From Candidatus Magasanikiibacteriota bacterium (GTDB lineage Bacteria; Patescibacteriota; Patescibacteriia; Magasanikbacterales; UBA922), in contig JBAYVA010000001.1 of assembly GCA_041674805.1 (NCBI GenBank), positions 390,612-454,611 of the forward strand: a stretch of DNA of 64,000 bases, given 5' to 3'. The notes under the pieces were generated by a model. It was not told where the DNA came from, ran no database searches, and saw only the letters and a program-made list of their open reading frames with translations. A program made the position numbers and the translations under genes. Below are positions 55,798-64,000 of this stretch, in pieces; position 1 is the first letter of the stretch, and every line of letters starts with the position of its first letter.

Positions 55798-55831
55798 TCT
55801 AAGAACTAAGAACACTGAACTCAGAACTCTG
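55798..55831. repeat. NNGAACT heptamer tandem array, right inverted flank of the four-helix-bundle gene
   Basis: ctaagaact/aagaacact/gaactcagaactctga; its reverse complement is agttctg/agttcag/tgttctt/agttctt/ag. Confidence 0.6.
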
Positions 55832-55833
55832 AT

Positions 55834-56436
55834 ATGTATAGCAAATCAATTCAAAACTTAATAAAAGCTTTTTCTCGCTTACCTAGCGTTGGTCACCGCA
55901 CTGCTGAGCGCTTTGTTTTTTATTTGCTCAAATCTGGCAAAAAAGATGTAGCTGAACTAACTATTGCCCTAAAAGAATTGATTGAAAATATCAAAAGTTG
56001 CGAAATATGTTGGGATTTTACAGATACTAGTCCTTGTCAATCTTGCACAGATCAAAAAAGAAATCACAAAATTATCTGTGTAGTTTCACAACCACAAGAC
56101 AGAGAAACTATTGAAAAAACCAAAGAATTCACAGGTGTTTATCACATTTTACGTGGAACTCTCAAACCTGATGATGAAAATATTTCTAAATTTTTAAAAA
56201 TAAATGAATTGATGAATAGACTTCACAAAAATGAAATAGACGAAATAATCTTAGCTCTAAATCCAGATATCAATGGTGAAACAACGATGATGTATCTAGA
56301 AAGACAAATCAAAAAAATAAAACCAGATATCAAAGTTACTCGTCTCGCTCGCGGTTTACCAATGGGTAGTGATTTGCAATATGCTGATGAAATTACTTTG
56401 GGTAGCGCTTTGAAAAACAGAATCTCTAGCAAATAA
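55834..56436 (+). CDS. recR: recombination protein RecR
   Basis: LIKAFSRLPSVGHRTAERFVFYLL (HhH), C4 zinc finger CEICWDFTDTSPCQSC, Toprim ICVVSQPQDRETIEKT. Confidence 0.9.
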   Translation: MYSKSIQNLIKAFSRLPSVGHRTAERFVFYLLKSGKKDVAELTIALKELIENIKSCEICWDFTDTSPCQSCTDQKRNHKIICVVSQPQDRETIEKTKEFTGVYHILRGTLKPDDENISKFLKINELMNRLHKNEIDEIILALNPDINGETTMMYLERQIKKIKPDIKVTRLARGLPMGSDLQYADEITLGSALKNRISSK

Positions 56437-56483
56437 AATTTAAATTTCAAAGTTTAAATCTAAAAATTAATTTTTAATTACTA

Positions 56484-56510
56484 AAAAATCCCGCTTAAAA
56501 CGGGATTTTT
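56484..56510. terminator. bidirectional rho-independent terminator between recR and rplU
   Basis: AAAAATCCCG-cttaaaa-CGGGATTTTT. Confidence 0.8.
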
Positions 56511-56545
56511 ATTTTAATCAGTTTAAATCTGTCTAAATCAATGTT

Positions 56546-56860
56546 TTATTTCACTTCAGCAACTTTTACTTTTGTAAAACGTTGTCTATGACCATTTGTT
56601 CTTTTGTAACGTACTTTACGTTTATATTTTATAACACGAATTGTTCTGTGTTTTCCTTGTTCTTCACACATAGCAACAATACTTGCACCTTCTAGATATG
56701 GTTTACCGATTTTTACATCTTTACCATCTTCTTTAGCAAGCATAAGAACTTTGTCAAAAACAACTTCTTTACCTACTTCAACTTCAAGTTTTTCAATTTT
56801 TAAAACATCTCCGGTTTTGATAAGATATTGCTTTCCACCGGTTTCAATTACTGCAAACAT
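56546..56860 (-). CDS. rplU: 50S ribosomal protein L21
   Basis: MFAVIETGGKQYLIKTGDVLKIEKL...HRQRFTKVKV. Confidence 0.9.
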   Translation of the reverse strand: MFAVIETGGKQYLIKTGDVLKIEKLEVEVGKEVVFDKVLMLAKEDGKDVKIGKPYLEGASIVAMCEEQGKHRTIRVIKYKRKVRYKRTNGHRQRFTKVKVAEVK

Positions 56861-56942
56861 AATTAATGTATATTTAAAATTAATTTATAAGTGTTTTTGG
56901 GAAACGTGAGTATTATACTAAACAAGACCAAAAAAGTCAAGC

Positions 56943-57470
56943 CTAGTCCTCCACAAGTAGCATTTTGTCTCCTATCTTCAGATTATGCTCTTTTACCCAG
57001 CCAGATGGTAACTCCAAAACCAAATCAGAATCTACTCTAGGTGTGTATTTTTTATACTCATATTCCTCTTTATTTGGCTCTATAGGCACATTTGGGGCAA
57101 TATCTACTACTTCTCCCTTATAAAACCAAACTATATCTATAGGGAAGCTCATGTCCCTCATTACAAATGAATGTTTGGAAGGAAACGAAAAAGGGAAAAT
57201 CATACCATCATAAGGATTAATACTATCCCTACCACCCAAACCTTTTTGTTGTCTATAAATACTGTCAGCAATCAATACTTCCAATTTTTGATCTTTCAAA
57301 GAAACTATGGTTTCTGTCCAATAATATCTTTGCCAAAAAAATAAAAAAATGGCTAAACCTAAAAAAATAAGGATAAAATAAAATTTGAAGTTATTATTTG
57401 TTTTCATAATTGCAATGTATGAATTAAAAATCCCAGACTTGTCCTGATACAAAAATTTTTGGGATTCCAC
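56943..57470 (-). CDS. DUF192 (COG1430) domain protein, membrane-anchored
   Basis: ...MRDMSFPIDIVWFYKGEVVDIA...LVLELPSGW. The start may be the internal Met (MKTNNNF...). Confidence 0.55.
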   Translation of the reverse strand: MESQKFLYQDKSGIFNSYIAIMKTNNNFKFYFILIFLGLAIFLFFWQRYYWTETIVSLKDQKLEVLIADSIYRQQKGLGGRDSINPYDGMIFPFSFPSKHSFVMRDMSFPIDIVWFYKGEVVDIAPNVPIEPNKEEYEYKKYTPRVDSDLVLELPSGWVKEHNLKIGDKMLLVED

Positions 57471-57489
57471 ATTACTAATTTTTCATTTA

Positions 57490-58593
57490 TTACTTGACCT
57501 CTTTAGGTAGATTTCTCATTCCACTTTTCTTTTTACCAAACCAAATAACTAATAATATCATTATAACAAAAAGCAAGATTAAAGCCAAAAATTTTTGACT
57601 ACTTTGCAAAAATAAAGCTGACAAACCAAACAACAAAGAAATTGCATAAAACAATAATACTGCTTGTTTTTGACTAAGTCCTGTATCCAACAAACGAAAA
57701 TGTAAATGTTCTCTATCTCCCAAATAAATAGGATGACCTTTTTTGAAACGAGCCCAAATAACTCTAGCTACATCCAAAATAGGTATAGCCATAACCAATA
57801 AAGTAATAGCAATTTTACTACCTGAAATAATAGCCAATGTACCAAGTAAAAAACCAGTCAATAAACTTCCTCCTTCACCCAAAAATATTTTGGCAGGAAA
57901 CCAATTCCAAACTAAAAAACCCAAAACCGCAGCTGCCAAAATAATAGACAAAAGAGCTACATCTGGCTGAAACCAATTCGTTTGTAAAGAAAAAAAGAAC
58001 AAAACACAAGCACCTATAAAAACTATTCCAGAAACCAAACCATCCAGCCCATCCAAGAATTTGGTAGTAAACATCATTCCCATAAGCCAAAAGAAAACTA
58101 AAACATCTGCCAAAACTACAAGTTTACCAAAATTACCAAAATTTATTTGCCAAAAATCTAAATGAATAACTCCACCAAACGGATTGGAAATAATATGTGG
58201 ACCAATACCCGAAAAAATAATAGTCATAGCAGCTAAAACTGGAAATAAAATTTGTATCTTTGGTTTTAAAACATATTTGTCATCCAAAATACCACCAACA
58301 ACCAGAAACAAAGATCCCAAAAATAATCCTAGCAAATTTCTAAATACAATATCATAATAAAAATTATCACCAAAAATCCAAGCCAAAAATACTGACAAGA
58401 AAAAACTAAAAAAAATAGCCAAACCACCACCTAAAGCAATCGGCCTTTTGTGAATTTTTCTTTTTTCTTTACTTACTTTATCAATAATACCAAATTTTCT
58501 CATAAACATAGCAACCAAAAAAGTCACTATTACAGAAACTACGAAGGTAAAACTAAAATAAAACAAATATATCATCATAATTTTAATAATCAA
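57490..58593 (-). CDS. polyprenyl-phosphate N-acetylhexosamine-1-phosphate transferase (WecA/TagO, MraY-like GT4 family)
   Basis: KFLDGLDGLVSG (DGxDGL), multiple TM helices, ...IYLGDREHLHFRLL. Confidence 0.7.
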   Translation of the reverse strand: MIIKIMMIYLFYFSFTFVVSVIVTFLVAMFMRKFGIIDKVSKEKRKIHKRPIALGGGLAIFFSFFLSVFLAWIFGDNFYYDIVFRNLLGLFLGSLFLVVGGILDDKYVLKPKIQILFPVLAAMTIIFSGIGPHIISNPFGGVIHLDFWQINFGNFGKLVVLADVLVFFWLMGMMFTTKFLDGLDGLVSGIVFIGACVLFFFSLQTNWFQPDVALLSIILAAAVLGFLVWNWFPAKIFLGEGGSLLTGFLLGTLAIISGSKIAITLLVMAIPILDVARVIWARFKKGHPIYLGDREHLHFRLLDTGLSQKQAVLLFYAISLLFGLSALFLQSSQKFLALILLFVIMILLVIWFGKKKSGMRNLPKEVK

Positions 58594-58618
58594 TTTAATT
58601 TAGTATAACAAAATACAG

Positions 58619-59512
58619 CTAAACATCAATATTACACACAGCAAAATTGTTTTCTTTAAGATAATCATCACTAATCTCATACAATACAGGTGCAAAATTA
58701 GTAGTAACTTCTTCTGTTTTTTGCAATTTACCTTCCACAAAAACTTCTCTATAAATTTCATTATAACGAAAATAATTCAAACCTTTTTTTACAAACAGAT
58801 GATTCTTTTCTACAATATGAAAATTTTCCAAAACTTTGCCATTAGACAAAATCTGTCCTTTCAAATGGTCATCTGTCAACCAAATTTTTATTTGCAAAGA
58901 AAAATTAGAAACATTTTTTACTTTTAAATCTAAATAATTATAAAAAATAGTAGCACCACTACCAAATGGCAATGTTCGACCAGAATCAGGAAAAACATCT
59001 TTGGAATGATGATGACGCTCCATAATTTCTGTAGGAGCATGCAAAAAAATCCAATACAAAAAATTTGATAATTGACACATACCACCACCCAAACCTTCTA
59101 TAACATTACCATTGGAAATAAGCATACCATCAACATAACCATCCTTATATTTTGGTTGACCTACCACTTGCCAAAATGAAAAAATTTTCCCTGGTTTTAT
59201 CACAATGCCATCCAATTTTTTGATAGCTTGTTTAAGATTTTGAATTTTTTGTTCTTGTAATTTTGGATCACTTACACCTAATTTACGACGTAACAAAGAT
59301 TGATGTCTAGCTACAACATGAGAAAAGTAAGTATCATTTTTTTGATATGTAATATTCAAATTAAAAAAATTTTGCAAATTTCTAAAAAAATGACGTACCA
59401 AAATAATAAAACTCTTCAAAAAAGGATACTTTCGAGAAAGAGCTACTCTAGTAGGACTTTCATATGTTTTTATATATAACAAAATTTTTTCTTTTAATCT
59501 TATGTCTATCAT
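58619..59512 (-). CDS. VanW-family protein
   Basis: GGGMCQLSNFLYWIFLHAP matches the VanW core GGG.CQ.S..LY. Confidence 0.6.
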   Translation of the reverse strand: MIDIRLKEKILLYIKTYESPTRVALSRKYPFLKSFIILVRHFFRNLQNFFNLNITYQKNDTYFSHVVARHQSLLRRKLGVSDPKLQEQKIQNLKQAIKKLDGIVIKPGKIFSFWQVVGQPKYKDGYVDGMLISNGNVIEGLGGGMCQLSNFLYWIFLHAPTEIMERHHHSKDVFPDSGRTLPFGSGATIFYNYLDLKVKNVSNFSLQIKIWLTDDHLKGQILSNGKVLENFHIVEKNHLFVKKGLNYFRYNEIYREVFVEGKLQKTEEVTTNFAPVLYEISDDYLKENNFAVCNIDV

Positions 59513-59622
59513 AATCTATATTATTTAAATTTGACCTATTATAGCAAAATTTACAAAAAAATCAATACCCCAAATATAAAAAAACAATCCTCAAAAAAAT
59601 TGGATTGTCTTTTGTTTTTTTA

Positions 59623-62379
59623 CTAATTTCTTTCTATATGAATTTGCAGAGCTTCTCCCAATATAATTTTATCACGTCTTTGTAATTTTCCTTGCAAAAT
59701 AAACTCTGCCAATCTATTTTCTATCCTATCCTGAATTGCACGACGCATAGGACGTGCTCCAAAATCTGGATCAAAACCAACATCAACCAAAGCTTCCAAA
59801 GATTCATCAGTGACTACCAATTCTACTCCCCTATTTTCCAAATCTTTGGCCACACGTTTCAACATATAAGCTGCAATCACTTTTATTTCTTCTCTATTCA
59901 AAGCTTTGAATAAAACTATACCATCAAAACGATTCAAAAATTCTGGACGATAATATTGCATCAGCTCACCATGCAACAAATTTTCTTTTATTCTATCTAA
60001 ATCTACACCCATTTTCATCTGAGCTTGTACATAACTTGTACCAGCATTTGAAGTAGCAATAATAATAGTATTGGTAAAATCTATCACACGACCAACACTA
60101 TCTGTCAAACGTCCATCATCAAAAACTTGCAAAAACAAATTCAAAACATTTCTGTCAGCCTTTTCAAGTTCATCTAAAAGCAAAAGTGAAAAAGGATTTT
60201 GTCTGACAGCTTCTGTCAAAAGACCAGTACCTTGTTGACCAGGTTGACCAATAAGACGATAAATACTACTTGTATCTTGAAATTCACTCATATCCAATCT
60301 AATCATTCTTTCTTCACCACCAAAATATACTTCTGCAATAGTTTTGGCCAATTCAGTCTTACCAACACCTGTTGGACCCAAAAACAAAAAGTTAGCAATT
60401 GGACGTTTTTGTGAACGCATCTCGGCTCTAGCTCTACGCAAAGCATTGGCTACTAACTCTACTGCAATATCTTGACCAACCACACGTTTATGCATTTCTT
60501 GCTCTAAACGCATCAATTTTGATGATTCATTTTCTGTAATACTAGAAACAGGCACACCAGTTTTATTGGCCACCACTTCACCAACTTCTTCAGCTGAAAC
60601 CAAAATATTATCTCCTCTTTTTGATCTTGCAAAACTACCCACTTCAGACAAAAGAGATATAGCTCCAGCAGGCATATTTTGATCAAAGAAAAATTTATCA
60701 GCCAAAACTACACATTTTTCAATAGCATCATAAGAAAAAAATATTTTATTATGATATTCTACTTCTCCAGCTTTTGATTGTAATACACGAATACTTTGTT
60801 CTTGATTCATTTCTTTGACACTAACTTTGGTAAAAACCGTACCAATTTCACTATTTACAATATGACGGTTATAACCTTCTGGCAAAGCTGTTGCAAACAT
60901 TGTAATATTACCTCCTGACAAATATTCAGCCAAAGTTTCAGATACATCTAGACTCTCACCTTGAGTTGCAGCACTGCCTGTCAAATCAGATAAATTATTT
61001 ATAAACAAAATAATATTTTTGGCACGAGAAACTTCATTCATAATTCTTATCAATCTTTCTTGAGCTCCAGACACCGTAGTACCTGCCAACAAAGATGATG
61101 TAGAAATTTGGACAAATCTTTTATCCAATAATTTTTTAGGAGCTTTGCCAGATATCATTTTTTGGACAATACCTTCTATAATGGACATTTTACCAACACC
61201 ATGTTCACCTACTAAAATTACATTATCACGACCAGCTTCTACAATATTAAAAATCTCTTCTATCTCTTTGTCACGAGCAACACATTGTGACAAATGTCCA
61301 TACTTAGCATAAATCGTCAAATCTTTACTATAATTATTCAAATATGGCGTAGCCACAGCAGTCATCGCTTTGTCCATACCATATTTACTTACACCACTAG
61401 CCGCTTTTCTAAATTTTTTGTATTCATCATATAAATATTCTTTCATACGTACCCACTCTACAACATTGTTTAATTTTTGATTTTCTACTTCCAAATCATA
61501 CAACATTTCTTGTAAAATTTCTGATTCACGAACAGTAGCTAACAAAATTTCAGTAGTACGAATTTGACTATCTTTTATTTCATAAGTAATTTCAAAAGAA
61601 TTAAAGATAATTTGCCAAAATTCTTCACCCAGTTTAGTTTCACTTTCTTTATTATTTTTTGGTAATGATTGCAACAAAGAATTAATATGTGCTTTTACCG
61701 AACGTATAGAAATATTCAAACGTACAAAAATACCAATAATTTCACTAGTATCTAGCAAAGTATAAAAAACATGTAAAGATGTAATTTCACTATGTTTATA
61801 ATTTCTAGCCAACAAATAACTTTTTTCCAAAACAGTTTTAGCATTGGCTGTCAAAAATTGACTAATATCAAATTTGTGTTTATGTGAAATTTTTTTTATT
61901 TCTTCCCAATTGTTAGCAAACAAACTATCTTGCAATGTTTTCTTATCCAAAAAATTATAATCTATTTCTTCTTTTGGCACATTGTTTGCTATCAAACGAT
62001 AAAACAAATAAGCAAAAGATACCGTAGAAAACCAGAAAAAAAGTCTAGCACCAGTAATATCATTACTCCAAAATTGTAAAGTAAAGATATTATCAAAACT
62101 TTTATTTACTTTGTAGACTTCAAACAAAAATAAGGCAAAAAAACTAAAACTAAACACAAGAGAACCAATAATTCTTACAATATCCAAAATTTGTCTAGCT
62201 TGCTTTTGTTTTATATTATAAAATGTAATAGATTGTCCAAAATAAACAAAAAGATTATTAAAAAAATAACCAACATGCAATCTTTTGCAATTTTGACAAG
62301 GATGAAAATGAATATAACCATCGCCATGACACGTATCACAAATATCCAAAGACAATTTTTTATTTTTTACAAAAAGCAT
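59623..62379 (-). CDS. membrane-anchored ClpA/ClpC-like AAA+ unfoldase with N-terminal zinc ribbon and degenerate first ATPase domain
   Basis: N-terminus CDTCHGDGY...CQNC plus 2-3 TM helices; then two Clp_N repeats; D1 has GEHGVGKMS (instead of GEPGVGKT) and IILFINNLS (instead of IILFIDELH); D2 is canonical (FLFLGPTGVGKTELAK, LLLLDELEKA, sensor/Arg-finger GARPMRR). Confidence 0.75.
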   Translation of the reverse strand: MLFVKNKKLSLDICDTCHGDGYIHFHPCQNCKRLHVGYFFNNLFVYFGQSITFYNIKQKQARQILDIVRIIGSLVFSFSFFALFLFEVYKVNKSFDNIFTLQFWSNDITGARLFFWFSTVSFAYLFYRLIANNVPKEEIDYNFLDKKTLQDSLFANNWEEIKKISHKHKFDISQFLTANAKTVLEKSYLLARNYKHSEITSLHVFYTLLDTSEIIGIFVRLNISIRSVKAHINSLLQSLPKNNKESETKLGEEFWQIIFNSFEITYEIKDSQIRTTEILLATVRESEILQEMLYDLEVENQKLNNVVEWVRMKEYLYDEYKKFRKAASGVSKYGMDKAMTAVATPYLNNYSKDLTIYAKYGHLSQCVARDKEIEEIFNIVEAGRDNVILVGEHGVGKMSIIEGIVQKMISGKAPKKLLDKRFVQISTSSLLAGTTVSGAQERLIRIMNEVSRAKNIILFINNLSDLTGSAATQGESLDVSETLAEYLSGGNITMFATALPEGYNRHIVNSEIGTVFTKVSVKEMNQEQSIRVLQSKAGEVEYHNKIFFSYDAIEKCVVLADKFFFDQNMPAGAISLLSEVGSFARSKRGDNILVSAEEVGEVVANKTGVPVSSITENESSKLMRLEQEMHKRVVGQDIAVELVANALRRARAEMRSQKRPIANFLFLGPTGVGKTELAKTIAEVYFGGEERMIRLDMSEFQDTSSIYRLIGQPGQQGTGLLTEAVRQNPFSLLLLDELEKADRNVLNLFLQVFDDGRLTDSVGRVIDFTNTIIIATSNAGTSYVQAQMKMGVDLDRIKENLLHGELMQYYRPEFLNRFDGIVLFKALNREEIKVIAAYMLKRVAKDLENRGVELVVTDESLEALVDVGFDPDFGARPMRRAIQDRIENRLAEFILQGKLQRRDKIILGEALQIHIERN

Positions 62380-62387
62380 AAGATTAT

Positions 62388-62765
62388 CTAAAAAGAAGAA
62401 TTACTAACAAATAATCCCAAAGAATCCAAAATCATATATATAACAAAAATTGGTAATATTATCCAAACAAAAAATAATCCTATTACAATGATTAACCAAA
62501 TAAAAAGTGCAATAGTTCTAAAAATTACATTAAAAAAACGCATGATGAAACTCACAAAACGACCTTGAAAATCATACTGACCAAACATTGGTACAAAAAT
62601 ATTTTTGAGCCAAAGACCAGGAGCCATCATAGCATTGACATCTTTTACGAGAGAAACACAAAACATCAAAGCTTTCCTACTACCTTCGCTATACCACCAG
62701 ATAGGAAAATAAAAAATGTCGACAATCAATTCCAAAAACATTTTTTGTAGCAAAATAATAAACAT
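62388..62765 (-). CDS. small integral membrane protein (125 aa)
   Basis: Three hydrophobic helices; unrecognised. Confidence 0.4.
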   Translation of the reverse strand: MFIILLQKMFLELIVDIFYFPIWWYSEGSRKALMFCVSLVKDVNAMMAPGLWLKNIFVPMFGQYDFQGRFVSFIMRFFNVIFRTIALFIWLIIVIGLFFVWIILPIFVIYMILDSLGLFVSNSSF

Positions 62766-62876
62766 AATAATAAAAAATCCTAAAGTTAAAATTAACTGTT
62801 TTTATTATACCATAAAAACAAAAAACACGTAACAACTTATCATCATTACGTGTCAATAATTATAAAAATAAGAAAA

Positions 62877-63221
62877 TTATCTTTTGGCGACAGAACTATC
62901 AAAAATATCTAAATATGCCACATTTGAAACAATTACTAAATCAGTTTCAGAAATTCTAGCTTGTAAATTTTGCATTGATTTATATTTGGCTACTTGTACA
63001 TCCATTTTTCTATTTTCATATTCCAAATTTGCTACTTGTTTTTCTAAGTCACTAATTACATAACCTTTTGTAGAAACTGAAGTAGTTTTCAAAATATACA
63101 AAACACCAAATACCAAAATAAAAGCAAACAAAGAAATACGAAAAGACGTACTAAAAAATAGTTTGTTAAGTACCTCTTTTTTTTGTCTGAGTGTTTGTTT
63201 TTTTTCTAAATAAGAATTCAT
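62877..63221 (-). CDS. FtsL/DivIC-like septum-formation initiator
   Basis: Single TM plus coiled coil (ISDLEKQVANLEYENRKMDVQVAKYKSMQNLQARI), immediately downstream of rsmH as in dcw clusters. Confidence 0.5.
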   Translation of the reverse strand: MNSYLEKKQTLRQKKEVLNKLFFSTSFRISLFAFILVFGVLYILKTTSVSTKGYVISDLEKQVANLEYENRKMDVQVAKYKSMQNLQARISETDLVIVSNVAYLDIFDSSVAKR

Positions 63222-63263
63222 AATGACAGGCGTGAATTTTTATAAAAATGTAAGTAATATTCT

Positions 63264-64000
63264 TTAAATTTTTTCAACTACTCTCAACTTAGCACTTCTC
63301 GATCTAGGATTACTTTTTGCTTCATCGTCACTAGCAATAATTGGTTTTTTAGTTATTATTCTAATTGTTTTATTATTTTGTGATTTGAAATAATGCTTGA
63401 CCAAACCATCTTCTATAGAATGAAAAGTAATCACAACCAACCTTCCTCCGCTTGCCAACACATCTATAGCTTGTGGCAAAACTCTTTCAATTACCCCAAG
63501 TTCATCATTTACAAAAATACGTAAAGCTTGAAATACTTTGGTTGCTGGATGCAAACCACCTACCCAAGGTATTCTTTGTTCAGCTTGATCAGCTTCAATT
63601 GGAATTTTCAATTTTTTTCTATAAACATCCAAAATTATTCCTACCAAATCACCTACTGTTTCAATTGTATAATCATTTCTTTTTTCTACGATGGCTCTGG
63701 CTATTTCTTTACTCAATTTTTCTTCACCATATTTACGAAATATTTCTTCTAATTCTTCTTCAGACTTAGTATCAAGTATTTCAGCAGCACTACAATGTAC
63801 ATACAAGTTTTTGCCATCCGGAGCTTCTGGAAGTTTTTCTTTGCCAGGAACACATTTCAAATACGTATCATAACGCATATCCAAAGGTTCTTCTGTTTTC
63901 AAAAAACTAAATCCTCTACCTCTTTCTTCAAACTGTGGACTAGACCAACCATAATCCATCAATATTCCATTTACATTTTCAAATTTATTTTCTTCTACAA
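63264..64000 (-). CDS. rsmH: 16S rRNA (cytosine1402-N4)-methyltransferase RsmH/MraW (C-terminal ~245 codons; N-terminus outside the window)
   Basis: ...LDMRYD..., ...IPWVGGLHPATKVFQALRIFVNDEL..., ...ITFHSIEDGLVKHYF..., ...NPRSRSAKLRVVEK. The Met at 63962 is internal; the reading frame stays open to the window end. Confidence 0.8.
   Translation of the reverse strand, partial: VEENKFENVNGILMDYGWSSPQFEERGRGFSFLKTEEPLDMRYDTYLKCVPGKEKLPEAPDGKNLYVHCSAAEILDTKSEEELEEIFRKYGEEKLSKEIARAIVEKRNDYTIETVGDLVGIILDVYRKKLKIPIEADQAEQRIPWVGGLHPATKVFQALRIFVNDELGVIERVLPQAIDVLASGGRLVVITFHSIEDGLVKHYFKSQNNKTIRIITKKPIIASDDEAKSNPRSRSAKLRVVEKI

Noticed and set aside
1-64000. Alternative genetic code (UGA = Gly, code 25), considered because the sequence looks CPR-like
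   Set aside because: All recognisable genes are full-length under the standard code and the ORF track (standard code) recovers intact homologues, so there is no sign of stop-codon reassignment.

Overview
This window is an AT-rich (about 30% GC by eye) bacterial chromosomal segment with long intact ORFs under the standard code, weak Shine-Dalgarno usage, and tight gene packing, in the style of a streamlined Patescibacteria/CPR-like genome. Both ends cut genes: secA at the left (minus strand, 1-2791, absent from the ORF track because its stop lies outside the window) and rsmH/mraW at the right (minus strand, 63264-64000).

The content is mostly core housekeeping genes:
- Cell-wall precursor genes: murB, mraY, a MurC/Mpl-family ligase, murA, a WecA-like transferase, and the ftsL-rsmH end of the dcw cluster.
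- Replication and repair: dnaB, recR, ybaB, rarA.
- Translation and tRNA modification: hpf, rplI, rplU, era, tsaE, queH, plus an Elp3 / Trm9-like pair.
- A roughly 17 kb surface-glycan locus (35.9-52.9 kb): RmlA-like, RmlB, RmlD, an FdtA-like cupin, five GT2/GT4 transferases, GT-C membrane proteins, a CDP-alcohol phosphatidyltransferase, NUDIX, HIT, and an embedded asparaginase.

Observations worth a second look:
1. A contiguous three-gene block (5252-11659): a RIO/Kdo-type kinase with HEAT-like repeats, an ATP-grasp ligase fused to an NlpC/P60-type Cys peptidase, and a 1019-aa modular pentapeptide-repeat protein.
2. A cysteine-less Ate1/Bpt-family aminoacyl-tRNA transferase homologue and a small Cys-rich secreted protein inside the mraY - Mur-ligase cluster.
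3. A divergent Elp3 + Trm9-like pair, which would be a eukaryote/archaea-type mcm5U wobble-modification pathway.
4. A membrane-anchored, zinc-ribbon ClpA/C-like unfoldase whose first AAA+ domain has degenerate Walker A and B motifs.
5. An unannotated 54-aa LysW-like zinc-ribbon gene with its own terminator (16915-17079, minus strand).
6. At least five families of short intergenic tandem-array repeats with 7-, 9- and 10/11-nt phasing. Two of them form inverted flanks around a GxxExxY PD-(D/E)XK gene and around a four-helix-bundle gene (the latter splitting the usual ybaB-recR pair), which looks like mini mobile cassettes.
7. A roughly 260-bp GC-rich island (20578-20850) of unknown nature.
8. 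A shared 5'-leader motif (GATCC - GC hairpin - CTCAGGATGA) in front of murB, mraY and a GT2 gene.

No rRNA, tRNA, CRISPR array or transposase gene was found.
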